IMG/VR virus record: IMGVR_UViG_3300044723_001152
Coordinates: 24,139 to 88,138 of that record
Direction: 5' to 3' (one strand)
Origin: a virus
Taxonomy: Duplodnaviria > Caudoviricetes
Length of the DNA stretch: 64,000 bases
This document shows positions 38,074 through 48,707 of the stretch, in pieces. The stretch's first letter is position 1. Every line of letters starts with the position of its first letter. The notes beneath the pieces were generated by a model that saw only the letters and a program-made list of their open reading frames with translations, was not told the DNA's origin and did no database searches. Both the position numbers and the translations under genes were made by a program.

Positions 38074-38619
38074 CTAACAGAAATTGGTATCAGTCATATG
38101 ACCGTGAATATCACAACCTTTGTATTCACCACCTGGTAGTAAAAAACCACTCTCATCAGTATTAGGTATCCATGTCGTACAGTCACCTTGTGTACCATCT
38201 ATATTACCAGTACCTAACGCAACTGTTGGCCACTGTATGCCTGAGTGAAATACATCACCAGAAACATAACCAGCCCATGATTTCCAATTCTTACTTGCGT
38301 CAGCGTCAAACATATCTCTTAATTTCTGTCTGTATGCTTTGATACGATCCTGAACCGTGCTGTTATCGATGTATGGACTATCTGTTCCAACTAAGAAATC
38401 AGATTGCATTAATAATCTGTTTCTCACATCTTTAATCATATCCGTAGGATAAAGTCTCCTATCGTGTATAGTGTTAACACCTGTGCCTGAAAGATTATGT
38501 TTGTCTATCCATTTATCCACTGCTGCTGTATCACCTACCTCATAATCACAATTGAATACACTGGTATTGGAAATCTCTACAACATATCCCACACTATCCG
38601 TTCTTACAAATTTTGCCAT
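38074..38619 (-). CDS. tail-fibre assembly chaperone-like protein
   Basis: RNRLLMQSDF...YRQKLRDM...WP motif; follows a fibre-like gene. Confidence 0.65.
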   Translation of the reverse strand: MAKFVRTDSVGYVVEISNTSVFNCDYEVGDTAAVDKWIDKHNLSGTGVNTIHDRRLYPTDMIKDVRNRLLMQSDFLVGTDSPYIDNSTVQDRIKAYRQKLRDMFDADASKNWKSWAGYVSGDVFHSGIQWPTVALGTGNIDGTQGDCTTWIPNTDESGFLLPGGEYKGCDIHGHMTDTNFC

Positions 38620-38630
38620 CTCTATATCTC

Positions 38631-39443
38631 CTAAGCGTGCATGTCAACAAGAAGAACTTGACCAGCCCCTCCAGATCCACCTGTTCCGTTTCCTGATCCA
38701 CCAGTTCCTCCACCACCTACTGTGACAGATTGTGTTGATCCGTATTCACCAGATCCTAGGAAAGCAAATGCGTTTCCGCCAGCCCCTCCAGCACCACCTG
38801 GTGCGTTATTAGTTGGGTGTCCAGCACCTGGACTTCCTCCGCCGCCTTTACCAGCCGCTGTGAATGCTGAGTTAACAACTGTGCTACCTCTACCCGCTCC
38901 GTAGATACCTACGAAAGATCCAGTTTGTGTTCCAGCACTACCGGAACTGCCTGGTTGATTTGAACCCGCATTTTGTCCACCTTGTCCTCCGTTACCACCA
39001 TTAGCAGCCACTAGAGTTCCAAAGGTAGTATTTCCTCCAGCATTTCCACTTGGACGTCTGTTAATATCACCAGCGGGAGTTCCACCCCCACCGCCTCCAC
39101 CAGCACCTGTTGACATGACCACAACGAATTGTGAAGCCGTGCCTGCCGTGAATGTTCCTGGATTATTGAATGTCGCACCCGTATCGTCTGTGATACCTCC
39201 TGCCGCACCAAATTCTAAAGCAGAACCTGGAGAAGCAACTTTTAAAACTTGTCCTGCGGTACCTGATCCAAGACGTGCCAATGGTAATATTCCAGAACCA
39301 ATGTTGGCTGCGTCAGTGGTATCCGTAGTCGCACTTGCAGCCAAACCACTTACTTTAGTAGCCGCAACTGCCGCAGAAGCGTTAACATCAGCGTCGAGTA
39401 TTGTACCGTCAGTAATCTGACTTGATTTGATTCTAGTTACCAT
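38631..39443 (-). CDS. short glycine-rich fibre/adhesin protein (270 aa)
   Basis: RIKSSQITDG N-terminus; GAGGGGGG and GGNGGQGG glycine loops; GQVLLV C-terminus. Confidence 0.7.
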   Translation of the reverse strand: MVTRIKSSQITDGTILDADVNASAAVAATKVSGLAASATTDTTDAANIGSGILPLARLGSGTAGQVLKVASPGSALEFGAAGGITDDTGATFNNPGTFTAGTASQFVVVMSTGAGGGGGGGTPAGDINRRPSGNAGGNTTFGTLVAANGGNGGQGGQNAGSNQPGSSGSAGTQTGSFVGIYGAGRGSTVVNSAFTAAGKGGGGSPGAGHPTNNAPGGAGGAGGNAFAFLGSGEYGSTQSVTVGGGGTGGSGNGTGGSGGAGQVLLVDMHA

Positions 39444-39462
39444 TGTTTTTCTCCTATAATAG

Positions 39463-39470
39463 TATTTATA
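39463..39470 (-). promoter_or_regulatory. T4 late promoter TATAAATA
   Basis: Exact consensus heading the adhesin-chaperone-oxygenase run. Confidence 0.75.
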
Positions 39471-39494
39471 ATAGATTTACTCTATATATAAAAT

Positions 39495-40793
39495 TTAATA
39501 AGTCACCACAACTCTATCACCTGAACCTGGTGCCGTGTCTAACGTGAGTGTAGTGCCTGAATATGTAAAGTCTTCCGTAGGTTCCTGTCTCACACCGTTT
39601 ATTGATACGATGAATTGGTTTACATTGTATCCTGAACCTACTGTGAGTGCCACTGTTGAACCATCTCCGTCTAATGTCGCTTTGTTGGCATAACTTGCCA
39701 CTTTGAATGTCTCGTTTGGTAATGTTATAGTCCTATCTGCTGTAGGGTCTGTGACGGATAACGTTGTCTCAAAACTGTCCGCGGTACCACCCTCAAATAC
39801 AATTGAACCAGATGATACGACAAAACCCGTACCAGTGACGGTACTCGTTGAAGTAATCGCACCAGAACCTACTGTGCCTGCCAACGTCACATTGGCGCCA
39901 CTAAATGTTGCCGCTGTTGTCGTGCCTGATTTAACTATTAAATTACCAGATGTGTTTGTTAAACTACCATAAGTAGTCCCATCATCTTTTAAGAATACGT
40001 CTCCCCCACCTGCGTCTAATACGATATCAGTTGTTGCGTCTAGCGTAATCGTTGAACCACTATCTATCTCAGCGATAACTGGTGTCGTTAGTGTCTTGTT
40101 CGTTAGTGTGTCCGTTGTCGCTTTACCTACGAGTGTGTCTGTCGCATTTGGTAAAGTTATAGTCCTATCCGCTGTAGGGTCTGTTACTGTTATTGTTGTC
40201 TCAAAACTATCTGCTGTTGAACCTTCAAATACGATACTATTACTACCCATCGTTAAATTAGCACCTAGTGTAATTGTTGCTGTATTAATAGTAGGACTCG
40301 TTAGTGTCTTGTTCGTCAATGTCTCAGCAGCAGTTATCAATGATACTGTGCCAGTTAGATTTGGAAAAGTAATCGTCCTATCTGCCGTAGGGTCTGTGAT
40401 AGCGAAAGTTGTTTCGAAACTATCTGCCGTACTACCTTCAAATACAAGGGTACCAGTTACTGAGGCAGTTCCTGTTATCGTTGGACTTGTTAATGATGGT
40501 GTGTTGAATAAATTCGCAACCGTCATCTCCCTCAATGCGTTGGCACTTGCGTCTCTTATGATGAAACTATCACCAGTCGCTGGTGCCGCACCTAGGTCAC
40601 TTGCGTTCGATATCGTGTTTACACTAAATGCTGATACCTCACTCTCAATCTCGTTAATCGCACCTACAAGTGACGTTGCGTCTATCGTTGCACTTAAGGT
40701 TGCCAAGTCACCAATGTCTGTCGCTGATAAACTGTTAAAGGTCGTTCTAAACGTCTCTAACGTATCCGTTGATGCTACACTTCTCGCTGCCAT
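39495..40793 (-). CDS. repetitive fibre protein (432 aa)
   Basis: TDTLETFRTTFN N-terminus; 3 FEG modules; C-terminal about 70 aa highly similar to that of 26710-29010. Confidence 0.72.
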   Translation of the reverse strand: MAARSVASTDTLETFRTTFNSLSATDIGDLATLSATIDATSLVGAINEIESEVSAFSVNTISNASDLGAAPATGDSFIIRDASANALREMTVANLFNTPSLTSPTITGTASVTGTLVFEGSTADSFETTFAITDPTADRTITFPNLTGTVSLITAAETLTNKTLTSPTINTATITLGANLTMGSNSIVFEGSTADSFETTITVTDPTADRTITLPNATDTLVGKATTDTLTNKTLTTPVIAEIDSGSTITLDATTDIVLDAGGGDVFLKDDGTTYGSLTNTSGNLIVKSGTTTAATFSGANVTLAGTVGSGAITSTSTVTGTGFVVSSGSIVFEGGTADSFETTLSVTDPTADRTITLPNETFKVASYANKATLDGDGSTVALTVGSGYNVNQFIVSINGVRQEPTEDFTYSGTTLTLDTAPGSGDRVVVTY

Positions 40794-40794
40794 A

Positions 40795-41016
40795 TTATTT
40801 CTCTACTATCTGTTTCAACAAAGATTTTATCTCAAACATCTCTGCCTTTAAATTATTTATATCTCTCACAGCATTTCTCAAATCGTTACTCGATTGTCTC
40901 GCCTCTCTGATACGTTGTACATGTATCTGATATGCTGACTTGTCTGTGTTGATGATGGCATTAGATGAACTGTCTCTCACCATCGTTCTATGTCCTTGTA
41001 CCTGTATTCTACTCAT
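40795..41016 (-). CDS. conserved small T4-like phage protein (73 aa)
   Basis: VQGH..MVRD..SNAIINTD...EIKSLL pattern, typical downstream of the VrlC-like gene. Confidence 0.7.
   Translation of the reverse strand: MSRIQVQGHRTMVRDSSSNAIINTDKSAYQIHVQRIREARQSSNDLRNAVRDINNLKAEMFEIKSLLKQIVEK
40854..40861 (-). promoter_or_regulatory. T4 late promoter TATAAATA (internal to the 73-aa ORF)
   Basis: Exact consensus about 60 nt upstream of the 432-aa fibre. Confidence 0.6.
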
Positions 41017-44000
41017 TATACTGCCAATGCGATCCCTCTCATATCCGTTATACGTGGTGGATATGCTGGGTTCGTACCTTTCATAACTATCTTAATTTTG
41101 AAAGATGTAAACTCGTTGATATCGCTGTCACTAAACTCATAATCAAAGAAGTCTGTCTTAAAACTATCAGCGTATGGTGATTGACTACGACCCTCAGCAC
41201 TTATAGCCGCGTTGGCTTGTGTCATCTGGACGTAAGGTATATCTTTCATCTCCCTATCGTCATCGATACCTTTTACTTTTCTGAATACTTCTATCGAAGA
41301 TGTTGGGAATACACTCGCCGCAATTCTTAAATCTAATGCGGTTGATGGATTCTCTAAACTAATCTCTCTTGTTATATACTTCGCACCCGCACTACCTCCA
41401 GTTGGATCTGTCTCTGCCACAAATCCAGTTGTGTTGCCTGATGTAGGACTATCTAGTCTGTTATGTATCGCATATAGACTTGTTCTGGATAGGTCGATAA
41501 CTGGACTTACGTTTGCGTTCGTAGTGTTCAATGTGATATTATAGAATAATGATTTTGTGCTTGACAAGTGGGTAGTCTCGTTTATAGTCGATAATACTGC
41601 TTTCGCACTCGTAAAGTAGAAGTTATCATTAGGCACAATACTTGTAAATGAACTGTCCGTCACGTATGGTGTCTCACTACCGTGTACAGATTGTGTACTT
41701 GTAGTTTTGATACTGTGTGTCGATGTTGTATCTGGGAAGTTTAACATACCAATCTTAGGCATGACACTCTCAAAGGCACGGTCTTGCGTTGCCACAACGT
41801 CTGTGCTTCCAACTGAACCAGTTGAAGTTGCCGGGTCACCACTTAGTGTGATTGTGTATGAATCCTCAGTTACGTTACCAACATCATGTGTTCCGTTTAT
41901 AACACTACCTTGAATACCATTGTAATCAGTTGTACCACCAAGACCAGATATCGTCACCTTACTTGGTTTGTTATCCGTCATGCCATGATGTTTATGATTA
42001 ATCTTAATAATGTTAGGGTTACCACCAAATGCCGTACCACTACCTGCGGTAGCGTTCGTCTCAATTGGATTGTTATCTAATGTCTTAGTCGCCAGGGCGT
42101 CATTCGTCATACTGAAAGTACCCTCAGTATTCGCGGTGAATGCTGCCTTGTATAGAGTAAATTTTAAATCTTCCATCTGGTCATCTGTCCATAGTGTCGC
42201 ATTTTGCGAACGGAATAGAGTACCTAATAATGGTTGAACTGTAACTCGTCTCGTGCCACCAACATCAATATCACCCAATCTACTTACATATGCCTTATAA
42301 CTCTGACTATCTGGTTTTAAGATAATCGCATATTCTTTATTACCTTGTAGGTATACAGGACTTGGGAAAGTTACCGTGGTCGCTGTTGAAGCGTCCGTAG
42401 ATGTATTAACACTCGCCGCAGGTACAGTAACCTCAGAGAATGGTATAATTCTTCTACCAGGTCTGCTCTCAATAGTCTCAACCAGATATACTTTGATTGG
42501 TATATTATCATCTTTCTCACTAAAGAATAAATCAACCTTAGTTAAGAAGACACCACCAACATCATCAATAGTAAATGTTTGTGCTAATGGATCGCCTCTT
42601 GGTTGTTCGATACTGATACCAGCAGTAATATTATCTACCGTTCTTCTCTCATCTGTTTCAGTAACAGTATTTGAACGTATGATTGGAACCCTTGTGGATT
42701 CAATCGTCTCTTGTTTAGTAGTTTGTAATCCACGTGCCGTGAATGTACTATCAGCGAAAGTATCAACATCATCATCAATCTTTCTATTCGTTGATGAACT
42801 TGTTAATCTGAATACCCTATCACCAGTTCTAAATCTTGTAGCGTCTGTATTTGGTAATGCGAAAGTACCTGATACTGAACCAGTTGAGTCCGTTACTAAG
42901 TTACCTCCTATTACACCTGATGTAGGTGTGACGAATGAAGTTATATTCACATTATCAAAGAATGGGAATACCTTAGTGTTAGGTTTTAATCTTGTCGCAC
43001 TAAATGAAATAGTCTGACTACGAATGAAAGGTATGAATGCCACATCAACAACTCTATCACCAAATGATTGACGTTGTATGTTTGATCCAGAAATCTCTCT
43101 GGTAATACCTGTTCTGGTTCTACTTGTAACCGTACCAGATACTGTCGCACCAGCACTTATGTTACCCTGTGAGGCACTCGCTGATTGTGACCACTGACCT
43201 GACCAGTTAGTCTGCCAGTTATTCCAAACCGTACCTAGACTATTACCACCACCCGCAAGTGCGGACATGGTGTCAAATAAATTATTATCGTTGATGATTA
43301 AGTCTGGTCTTCTCTCTGTCTCGTACCATTCATCTAAACTTGGTGTTAATGCGATATCACCCTGGTATTGGAATACCAAGAATGGGTTACAGTTAACTGA
43401 TTTAGTAGCGTATGGATTTTTGATGAACTCACTTGATGTATATGGTAGAGTAATCAAGTCACCAGTTTTCTGATAACCTGCTGTTGTTCTCTCAGCGTCC
43501 GTGTCATTACTCGCCAACTCAATGAGTTTAACTTGGTCAGTATGGTGTTCTGGTCTCAACTCACCCTCACTCATATCAACTGAACATCTATATTCACCTG
43601 ATAATACATCACCAACATTGTGACCCTTGAAACTATCTACTATGATACCATTCTTAAATCTATCAAGTCCAGTAGCACTATCTTGTATCTGTGTGTTGAC
43701 CGCCTGTTGTTCTAATAGACTTAACTGTGTGTAGTATTCTATGTTCTTAATTCTCTGTTCTAACTTACCAATGTCTCTCATCGTGTAACGTCTGTTATCT
43801 ACCGTTGTAATCTTAACGTCACTCGTATTGAAAGTATATGGTGGTAAGTTTAAGTAGTATAATGCCATAGCGTCATTGAACGGTTCTGGTCTCTGTGGGT
43901 CAATCGCAGGCGTTCCTTTTGCCTGTTTGAATAGACCCTCTTGCGTTAGGAATATCCCATCTATTCTACTTAAATAAAATTCGAAGTCTAGTGTTGCGTC

Positions 44001-47000
44001 ACTACCTGGTTTAGGCATATCAACTGCTGATGAACCACCACCTGTGTAGTTCTTCGCACCAATACTATCTACCGCACCAAATCCTACAACGCCACTATCG
44101 TTCGCAACCATTGGTCTAAAGTCTAATGCGTCTCTTAATTCTATCTTACCTTTTGTTGGACTGTCGAAAGATGGTATAGCGTCATAATCTACAACACCTG
44201 AATAACTATCTACTGAGAAGTAATCTCCACTACCATGTGTGAAGTGTGAGAAAGTGATTAACAATCTACCAGTTGGAGTTTGTGCTCCATCTTTTCTTAC
44301 GATACGACCAATGTCGTAATAACTATCTCTTTGTCCATTATCTAATGTAAATCTGTCTGTGATATCAGTATGACTTGTTGTCGCTGCCGTACTAAAGTCT
44401 GGCGCCATGAATACACTCGTCAATGCGAAGATATCACCCTTACCCATACCAATTGTTTTTTCTTCACAATCAGCCTGAGTTGATATCGCTGTTGTCGCAC
44501 CTGTTACTAATGCTTTCGTTTTCTCGTTGGCGATACTTCTTGTTATCGTTGCCACGAGTTTAACTTTTGCCGTAGCGAAGTTTGCCCCTAAGTCAATCTG
44601 AACTTGTCTACCAGATGGACTACCAGTCAATGTGAACTTACTGTCGCCCTCGTGGTTGTTACCTGATAATGATATGACATCACCAACAGCACCGTCACTC
44701 GCACCTGCCGTCATTATCGATAACGTATAGTCTGCCTCAGCGTGAGCGTTGAAAGTCTCATTCGCACCCGCACTAAATGTTGCCTGACCAGATGATGATA
44801 AAGTCTCAACGAATTGTCTTCTTACCTTGTGTGACGTATCTGTGATACCTGCGTTAGTGTCTGTCTTCAATGTCTTAATGACATTCTCTGGCAACTTATA
44901 AACAAGTGCCGTAGTATCGATATTATTTAATCTCGTTCTTCTTCTCTGTGTGGACGCGGACGTAACTACCGTCTGTTGTGTCTCTGTGATTGACGCCCTG
45001 GTATTATTTGTGATACCAGAAATAAATCTACTGTGTTGTGCCCCATTATCATCTTCAAAGACGATGTTATCACCAATCTTTAATTCTGTGTTGAACTTAG
45101 TATTCTTACCAAATACAACTGTTGTGCCTGCCGCGATATCAATTGATCCCGCAAGTGTGATATTTGATTTGTCTTTCTCGTTTGCCGCACTCGAACTTAG
45201 TACCGTGTCTGCCGTGAAGTTTGGTGACCCTGCCATACCTACAGATTTAACCTCAGCAAACTCGAAACTGTTGACCGCTTTCTGTGTAGAGATATCACCA
45301 ATTACTGTGCCACTATTCGTTGATGTGCCACCTGTGACCGTCTCTGCTGCCGCGAAGGTACCAGATACGTTACTCAATACGATAGTTGTAAATATAGTTT
45401 GTTCAGCGATAAGTTGGTCACCCTCATCTGTCTTGGAAGCGTCCGTGCCATCTAATACTAATGGGTCACCCTCTTCCGTGATAAATGCGTCTGGGTCAGT
45501 TGATGAACTGGCAGATATTGCCTCAACAACACCTGTAGCCCCACTCGTTCCGCCTGATACTGTCTCACCAGTTGTGAAAGATACCGCAGTGGTTATACCA
45601 ACATGTGTGAACATGTCGATATTGAAAAGACCTAATTTATAGATTGAGGTTGTATTTGTTGATAGTGAACCTGCCGTACCAGAAACATATTCGAAGTATC
45701 TAGGTTTTGCCCTACCAATCTGTTGAACATCAACGTTAGTCGTTGCGTTGTTCGTGCCTCTAATCTTATTCTTATCTTTGAATAGTGATAACTCTTTGAA
45801 TGCCTCTGTCTCACCTGATACTGTGCCAATGTCTGGCGAACCATGTATGTTTGTGACATCAACGAAGTTACCAATATCTAATCTCGTTGTACTATTCTGT
45901 ATCGTATCGAAGTCTCTCGCCTTCTCTATGGTTACAAATTTTTGAGATGTAGTATCTAACTCGTAACCTTTGACATATGCTTTACCTGGAGATAGACCAA
46001 CAGCCAATCTCGCCTCTGAGTTAGTCGCACTCAACCCATCATGTAAACCGTCACTATCTGCCGCGAAGATACCACGATTTGATCCAGTGTCTTGGTGTTC
46101 TCTGACATCTATATCGAAAGGCTGAATTACATAATCACCACTCTCCTCTGCTGTTCTTCTTGCCAGAGTTTCTTCTAAGATATTATAGTCCGCTCTCTTT
46201 ACAATTCTCTCTGTGTTACCAGTATTCGTTCTCACCAACTCTACGAAGTTTGTATCGTCTGTATCAGTTGTAAGTTTCTTCGCAAGTGTTAATGCGATTT
46301 TAAATCTATGTGCCCCTGGAGCGTTGATGTTTGATGAACCAGTTGCGTTATCGTTCAACGATGTATCATCTTCTGGTGTTATGAAACTCTCTGTTACTGT
46401 GAATCCAACCCTGTAAGATGGTGTGTTAGTGTATGGGTCTAGTATTAATGTTTCTTCACTATTCTTAACGAAGAACCCATTGACGAAATAGACACCTGCC
46501 TGTACGTTGACTGAACTACCTTGACCCAGAGCATTTGAACTCGTAGGTAATGATGTGCCAGATGTACCAACGACAGCACTTGATGATGTGCTGTTATATG
46601 TGAAGGTTAAAGTCTCACCCTCTGTAAATCTCTTTGTCGTATTGTCTGTGCCCGACTTCTTGTATATAACATAGATAGTCGCCGCAGCCGTAGAACTCGC
46701 CTCACTCGTATTGACAACCTCTGCCTCGATACCTGATGTGGAACCTGTTACGGTTAGACCCACCATGTTTGAAGCGGTCGTTGTAGAGTGACTTGCCAGT
46801 TTTACATATTCGTATTTCGTGTTGAGTGTGACCTCACCAGGTATGACCATGCTACCTTCTTTGAATACATGTTCACCAAATCGTTGAACCTGATTTTGAA
46901 GTATGGTCTGTAACTGTGTTAGTTCTCTCGCCTGTACAGCGAAAGCAGGTCTGAATAAAAGTCTGTGAAAATTCTTACTGTCTGAAAAGTCATCATAGTA

Positions 47001-47027
47001 AGGTGAGACGTTAAAGTTTGTTGCCAT
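41016..47027 (-). CDS. large VrlC-like / DUF4815 baseplate structural protein (2003 aa)
   Basis: TNFNVSPYYDDF, LFRPAFAVQARELTQLQTILQNQ, APGAHRFKI, GKAYVKGYE, RFKNGIIVDSF, DPLAQTF. Confidence 0.88.
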   Translation of the reverse strand: MATNFNVSPYYDDFSDSKNFHRLLFRPAFAVQARELTQLQTILQNQVQRFGEHVFKEGSMVIPGEVTLNTKYEYVKLASHSTTTASNMVGLTVTGSTSGIEAEVVNTSEASSTAAATIYVIYKKSGTDNTTKRFTEGETLTFTYNSTSSSAVVGTSGTSLPTSSNALGQGSSVNVQAGVYFVNGFFVKNSEETLILDPYTNTPSYRVGFTVTESFITPEDDTSLNDNATGSSNINAPGAHRFKIALTLAKKLTTDTDDTNFVELVRTNTGNTERIVKRADYNILEETLARRTAEESGDYVIQPFDIDVREHQDTGSNRGIFAADSDGLHDGLSATNSEARLAVGLSPGKAYVKGYELDTTSQKFVTIEKARDFDTIQNSTTRLDIGNFVDVTNIHGSPDIGTVSGETEAFKELSLFKDKNKIRGTNNATTNVDVQQIGRAKPRYFEYVSGTAGSLSTNTTSIYKLGLFNIDMFTHVGITTAVSFTTGETVSGGTSGATGVVEAISASSSTDPDAFITEEGDPLVLDGTDASKTDEGDQLIAEQTIFTTIVLSNVSGTFAAAETVTGGTSTNSGTVIGDISTQKAVNSFEFAEVKSVGMAGSPNFTADTVLSSSAANEKDKSNITLAGSIDIAAGTTVVFGKNTKFNTELKIGDNIVFEDDNGAQHSRFISGITNNTRASITETQQTVVTSASTQRRRTRLNNIDTTALVYKLPENVIKTLKTDTNAGITDTSHKVRRQFVETLSSSGQATFSAGANETFNAHAEADYTLSIMTAGASDGAVGDVISLSGNNHEGDSKFTLTGSPSGRQVQIDLGANFATAKVKLVATITRSIANEKTKALVTGATTAISTQADCEEKTIGMGKGDIFALTSVFMAPDFSTAATTSHTDITDRFTLDNGQRDSYYDIGRIVRKDGAQTPTGRLLITFSHFTHGSGDYFSVDSYSGVVDYDAIPSFDSPTKGKIELRDALDFRPMVANDSGVVGFGAVDSIGAKNYTGGGSSAVDMPKPGSDATLDFEFYLSRIDGIFLTQEGLFKQAKGTPAIDPQRPEPFNDAMALYYLNLPPYTFNTSDVKITTVDNRRYTMRDIGKLEQRIKNIEYYTQLSLLEQQAVNTQIQDSATGLDRFKNGIIVDSFKGHNVGDVLSGEYRCSVDMSEGELRPEHHTDQVKLIELASNDTDAERTTAGYQKTGDLITLPYTSSEFIKNPYATKSVNCNPFLVFQYQGDIALTPSLDEWYETERRPDLIINDNNLFDTMSALAGGGNSLGTVWNNWQTNWSGQWSQSASASQGNISAGATVSGTVTSRTRTGITREISGSNIQRQSFGDRVVDVAFIPFIRSQTISFSATRLKPNTKVFPFFDNVNITSFVTPTSGVIGGNLVTDSTGSVSGTFALPNTDATRFRTGDRVFRLTSSSTNRKIDDDVDTFADSTFTARGLQTTKQETIESTRVPIIRSNTVTETDERRTVDNITAGISIEQPRGDPLAQTFTIDDVGGVFLTKVDLFFSEKDDNIPIKVYLVETIESRPGRRIIPFSEVTVPAASVNTSTDASTATTVTFPSPVYLQGNKEYAIILKPDSQSYKAYVSRLGDIDVGGTRRVTVQPLLGTLFRSQNATLWTDDQMEDLKFTLYKAAFTANTEGTFSMTNDALATKTLDNNPIETNATAGSGTAFGGNPNIIKINHKHHGMTDNKPSKVTISGLGGTTDYNGIQGSVINGTHDVGNVTEDSYTITLSGDPATSTGSVGSTDVVATQDRAFESVMPKIGMLNFPDTTSTHSIKTTSTQSVHGSETPYVTDSSFTSIVPNDNFYFTSAKAVLSTINETTHLSSTKSLFYNITLNTTNANVSPVIDLSRTSLYAIHNRLDSPTSGNTTGFVAETDPTGGSAGAKYITREISLENPSTALDLRIAASVFPTSSIEVFRKVKGIDDDREMKDIPYVQMTQANAAISAEGRSQSPYADSFKTDFFDYEFSDSDINEFTSFKIKIVMKGTNPAYPPRITDMRGIALAV

Positions 47028-47036
47028 CTATCTCTC

Positions 47037-48428
47037 CTAAAACTCTACGATTAACTTTACATTCTCCGTTTGGTCTGACGCCCTAGTGATAGGTTTTCTG
47101 TTTTCTACATACAGTATCTCACCACTATCTGCCGTCAACTCTGGAGTAGTATCATGTGAACTTGGTGTGCCTGTCGCACCTGAAGTACCACCAGTAACCG
47201 TTGCCGTGCCAGTAAAGGCAGTTAGATTTTGGTTAGCATCGATACCCTGGTTTGCGAATTGTGGTTGTATGTATCTCAATACCTTAGTTGTCGCATTGAA
47301 ATCAACAACGAACCCTACCGCACCAGAAGTAGCCTGTGTAATCTTCTCGTCTGCCTGGAATGTCCCTGGTGAACCACTGAATGTGATTGACTTTGTTGCG
47401 TCTAGTGTCGAAGCACTTGCCGTTGAACCTGTTGTACTGTCTGTTGGATTTCTCAGTAGAGCGATCCTTCTAAAGTCGTTAGTGACGTTGAAGTCACCAC
47501 TACCATCACCCTGTGTTAAATCTAAATTCATCATTACGAAGAATCCACCTAACTCTGTGATAACGTCTGACGCATGACCACCTGGTGGTGATATGATGAA
47601 GTCTATATCAGAACCTGATACGTTTCCAAAATCACTTGCCTTGATACTTGCGAAAGTGTAACCAGTACCTGCGGTCGTTATCGTTACTGCCGTTACAGCA
47701 TTACCAGATACGACTACCGTACATTCACCACTTGATCCGTCACCTCTTATTGCGACACCCGTATATGTTCCGTTAGAACCACCACTACCCCCAGCGGTTA
47801 TCTTAACATTTTCTATCGCACCTGCCGTAGTTGAATAGTCTGTACTCTCTGTTGAGAGGTGCATGAAATCTGTCGAAAGGAAGTTTGCCTGTTCAGAGGC
47901 AGATAGTGAATACATGTATTTCCACGTGTATCCATCTGCCGTACTGAATACTGACGTTGATTTATTACCCGTAGGTTCAGTAGTTGAGGCTGTATCGCCG
48001 TTGTTATCAATACATTTATAAACATCGAAGGTACTATTCATTACATAGAATGTACTATCTAATAAAGTCGTAGCCCCAGAGTTTGCCGCAATTACTGTAC
48101 CCGCACTATTAATCTCTCCGTAATCGTGCCTGTAATAATCGTATGTTGTGCCAGTCGTCCAGTTTCTTCTTGGAATACATAGAGATATGTCTGAACTTGT
48201 TATCTTTTTTGCGGATAATAAGTCATCATAGACATAATGTTCGATAGATCCAACACTATCCACTGGTGTAGGTGGTGCCGTATCTGTCCCATCGTTAAAT
48301 GCTTGGTTGTCAGCGAACGCCTGTGGTCTGCCTATCGCCAAGTAATATACATCAGCACTCTCAGAAAATGATTCCTGAAACTGTCTGGCGTTATGTACTC
48401 TAAAATCTTTTGTAATTATTGCTGGCAT
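47037..48428 (-). CDS. gp8: baseplate wedge subunit
   Basis: MPAIIT..FR..NA, YYLAIGRPQ, IPRRNW, DVYKCIDN, DGYTWKYMY, GEILYVENRKPITR. Confidence 0.9.
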   Translation of the reverse strand: MPAIITKDFRVHNARQFQESFSESADVYYLAIGRPQAFADNQAFNDGTDTAPPTPVDSVGSIEHYVYDDLLSAKKITSSDISLCIPRRNWTTGTTYDYYRHDYGEINSAGTVIAANSGATTLLDSTFYVMNSTFDVYKCIDNNGDTASTTEPTGNKSTSVFSTADGYTWKYMYSLSASEQANFLSTDFMHLSTESTDYSTTAGAIENVKITAGGSGGSNGTYTGVAIRGDGSSGECTVVVSGNAVTAVTITTAGTGYTFASIKASDFGNVSGSDIDFIISPPGGHASDVITELGGFFVMMNLDLTQGDGSGDFNVTNDFRRIALLRNPTDSTTGSTASASTLDATKSITFSGSPGTFQADEKITQATSGAVGFVVDFNATTKVLRYIQPQFANQGIDANQNLTAFTGTATVTGGTSGATGTPSSHDTTPELTADSGEILYVENRKPITRASDQTENVKLIVEF

Positions 48429-48445
48429 TGTCTTTCCTTATAATC

Positions 48446-48453
48446 TATTTATA
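48446..48453 (-). promoter_or_regulatory. T4 late promoter TATAAATA
   Basis: Exact consensus upstream of gp8. Confidence 0.75.
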
Positions 48454-48455
48454 CA

Positions 48456-48707
48456 CTATTCTGCGGCAATATCGCCGTGATCCCCATTAATTAAAGCGTT
48501 ATACAAATCTCTACCATGTTGTTCTACGTCAGTAGAAGTTGCTGTAAAAGGTAACCAGTCCTGTGTGTTGTCTCCTAAGTGTGACCATTGACACTCACAA
48601 TCGATAACTCTAAGATTAGTTCCATCTTCTTGGACTATTGGATTGTCGTCCTTGTCTTTTATAGTTTTCCATTGTGGATTTCTTACTGCTATTAATGTTA
48701 TACTCAT
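48456..48707 (-). CDS. small tail-fibre assembly protein-like (83 aa; start at ATG 48707)
   Basis: VRNPQW...IDCE...WLPFTA...DVEQHGRDLY...G.I; TAATG coupling to the upstream gene. Confidence 0.6.
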   Translation of the reverse strand: MSITLIAVRNPQWKTIKDKDDNPIVQEDGTNLRVIDCECQWSHLGDNTQDWLPFTATSTDVEQHGRDLYNALINGDHGDIAAE

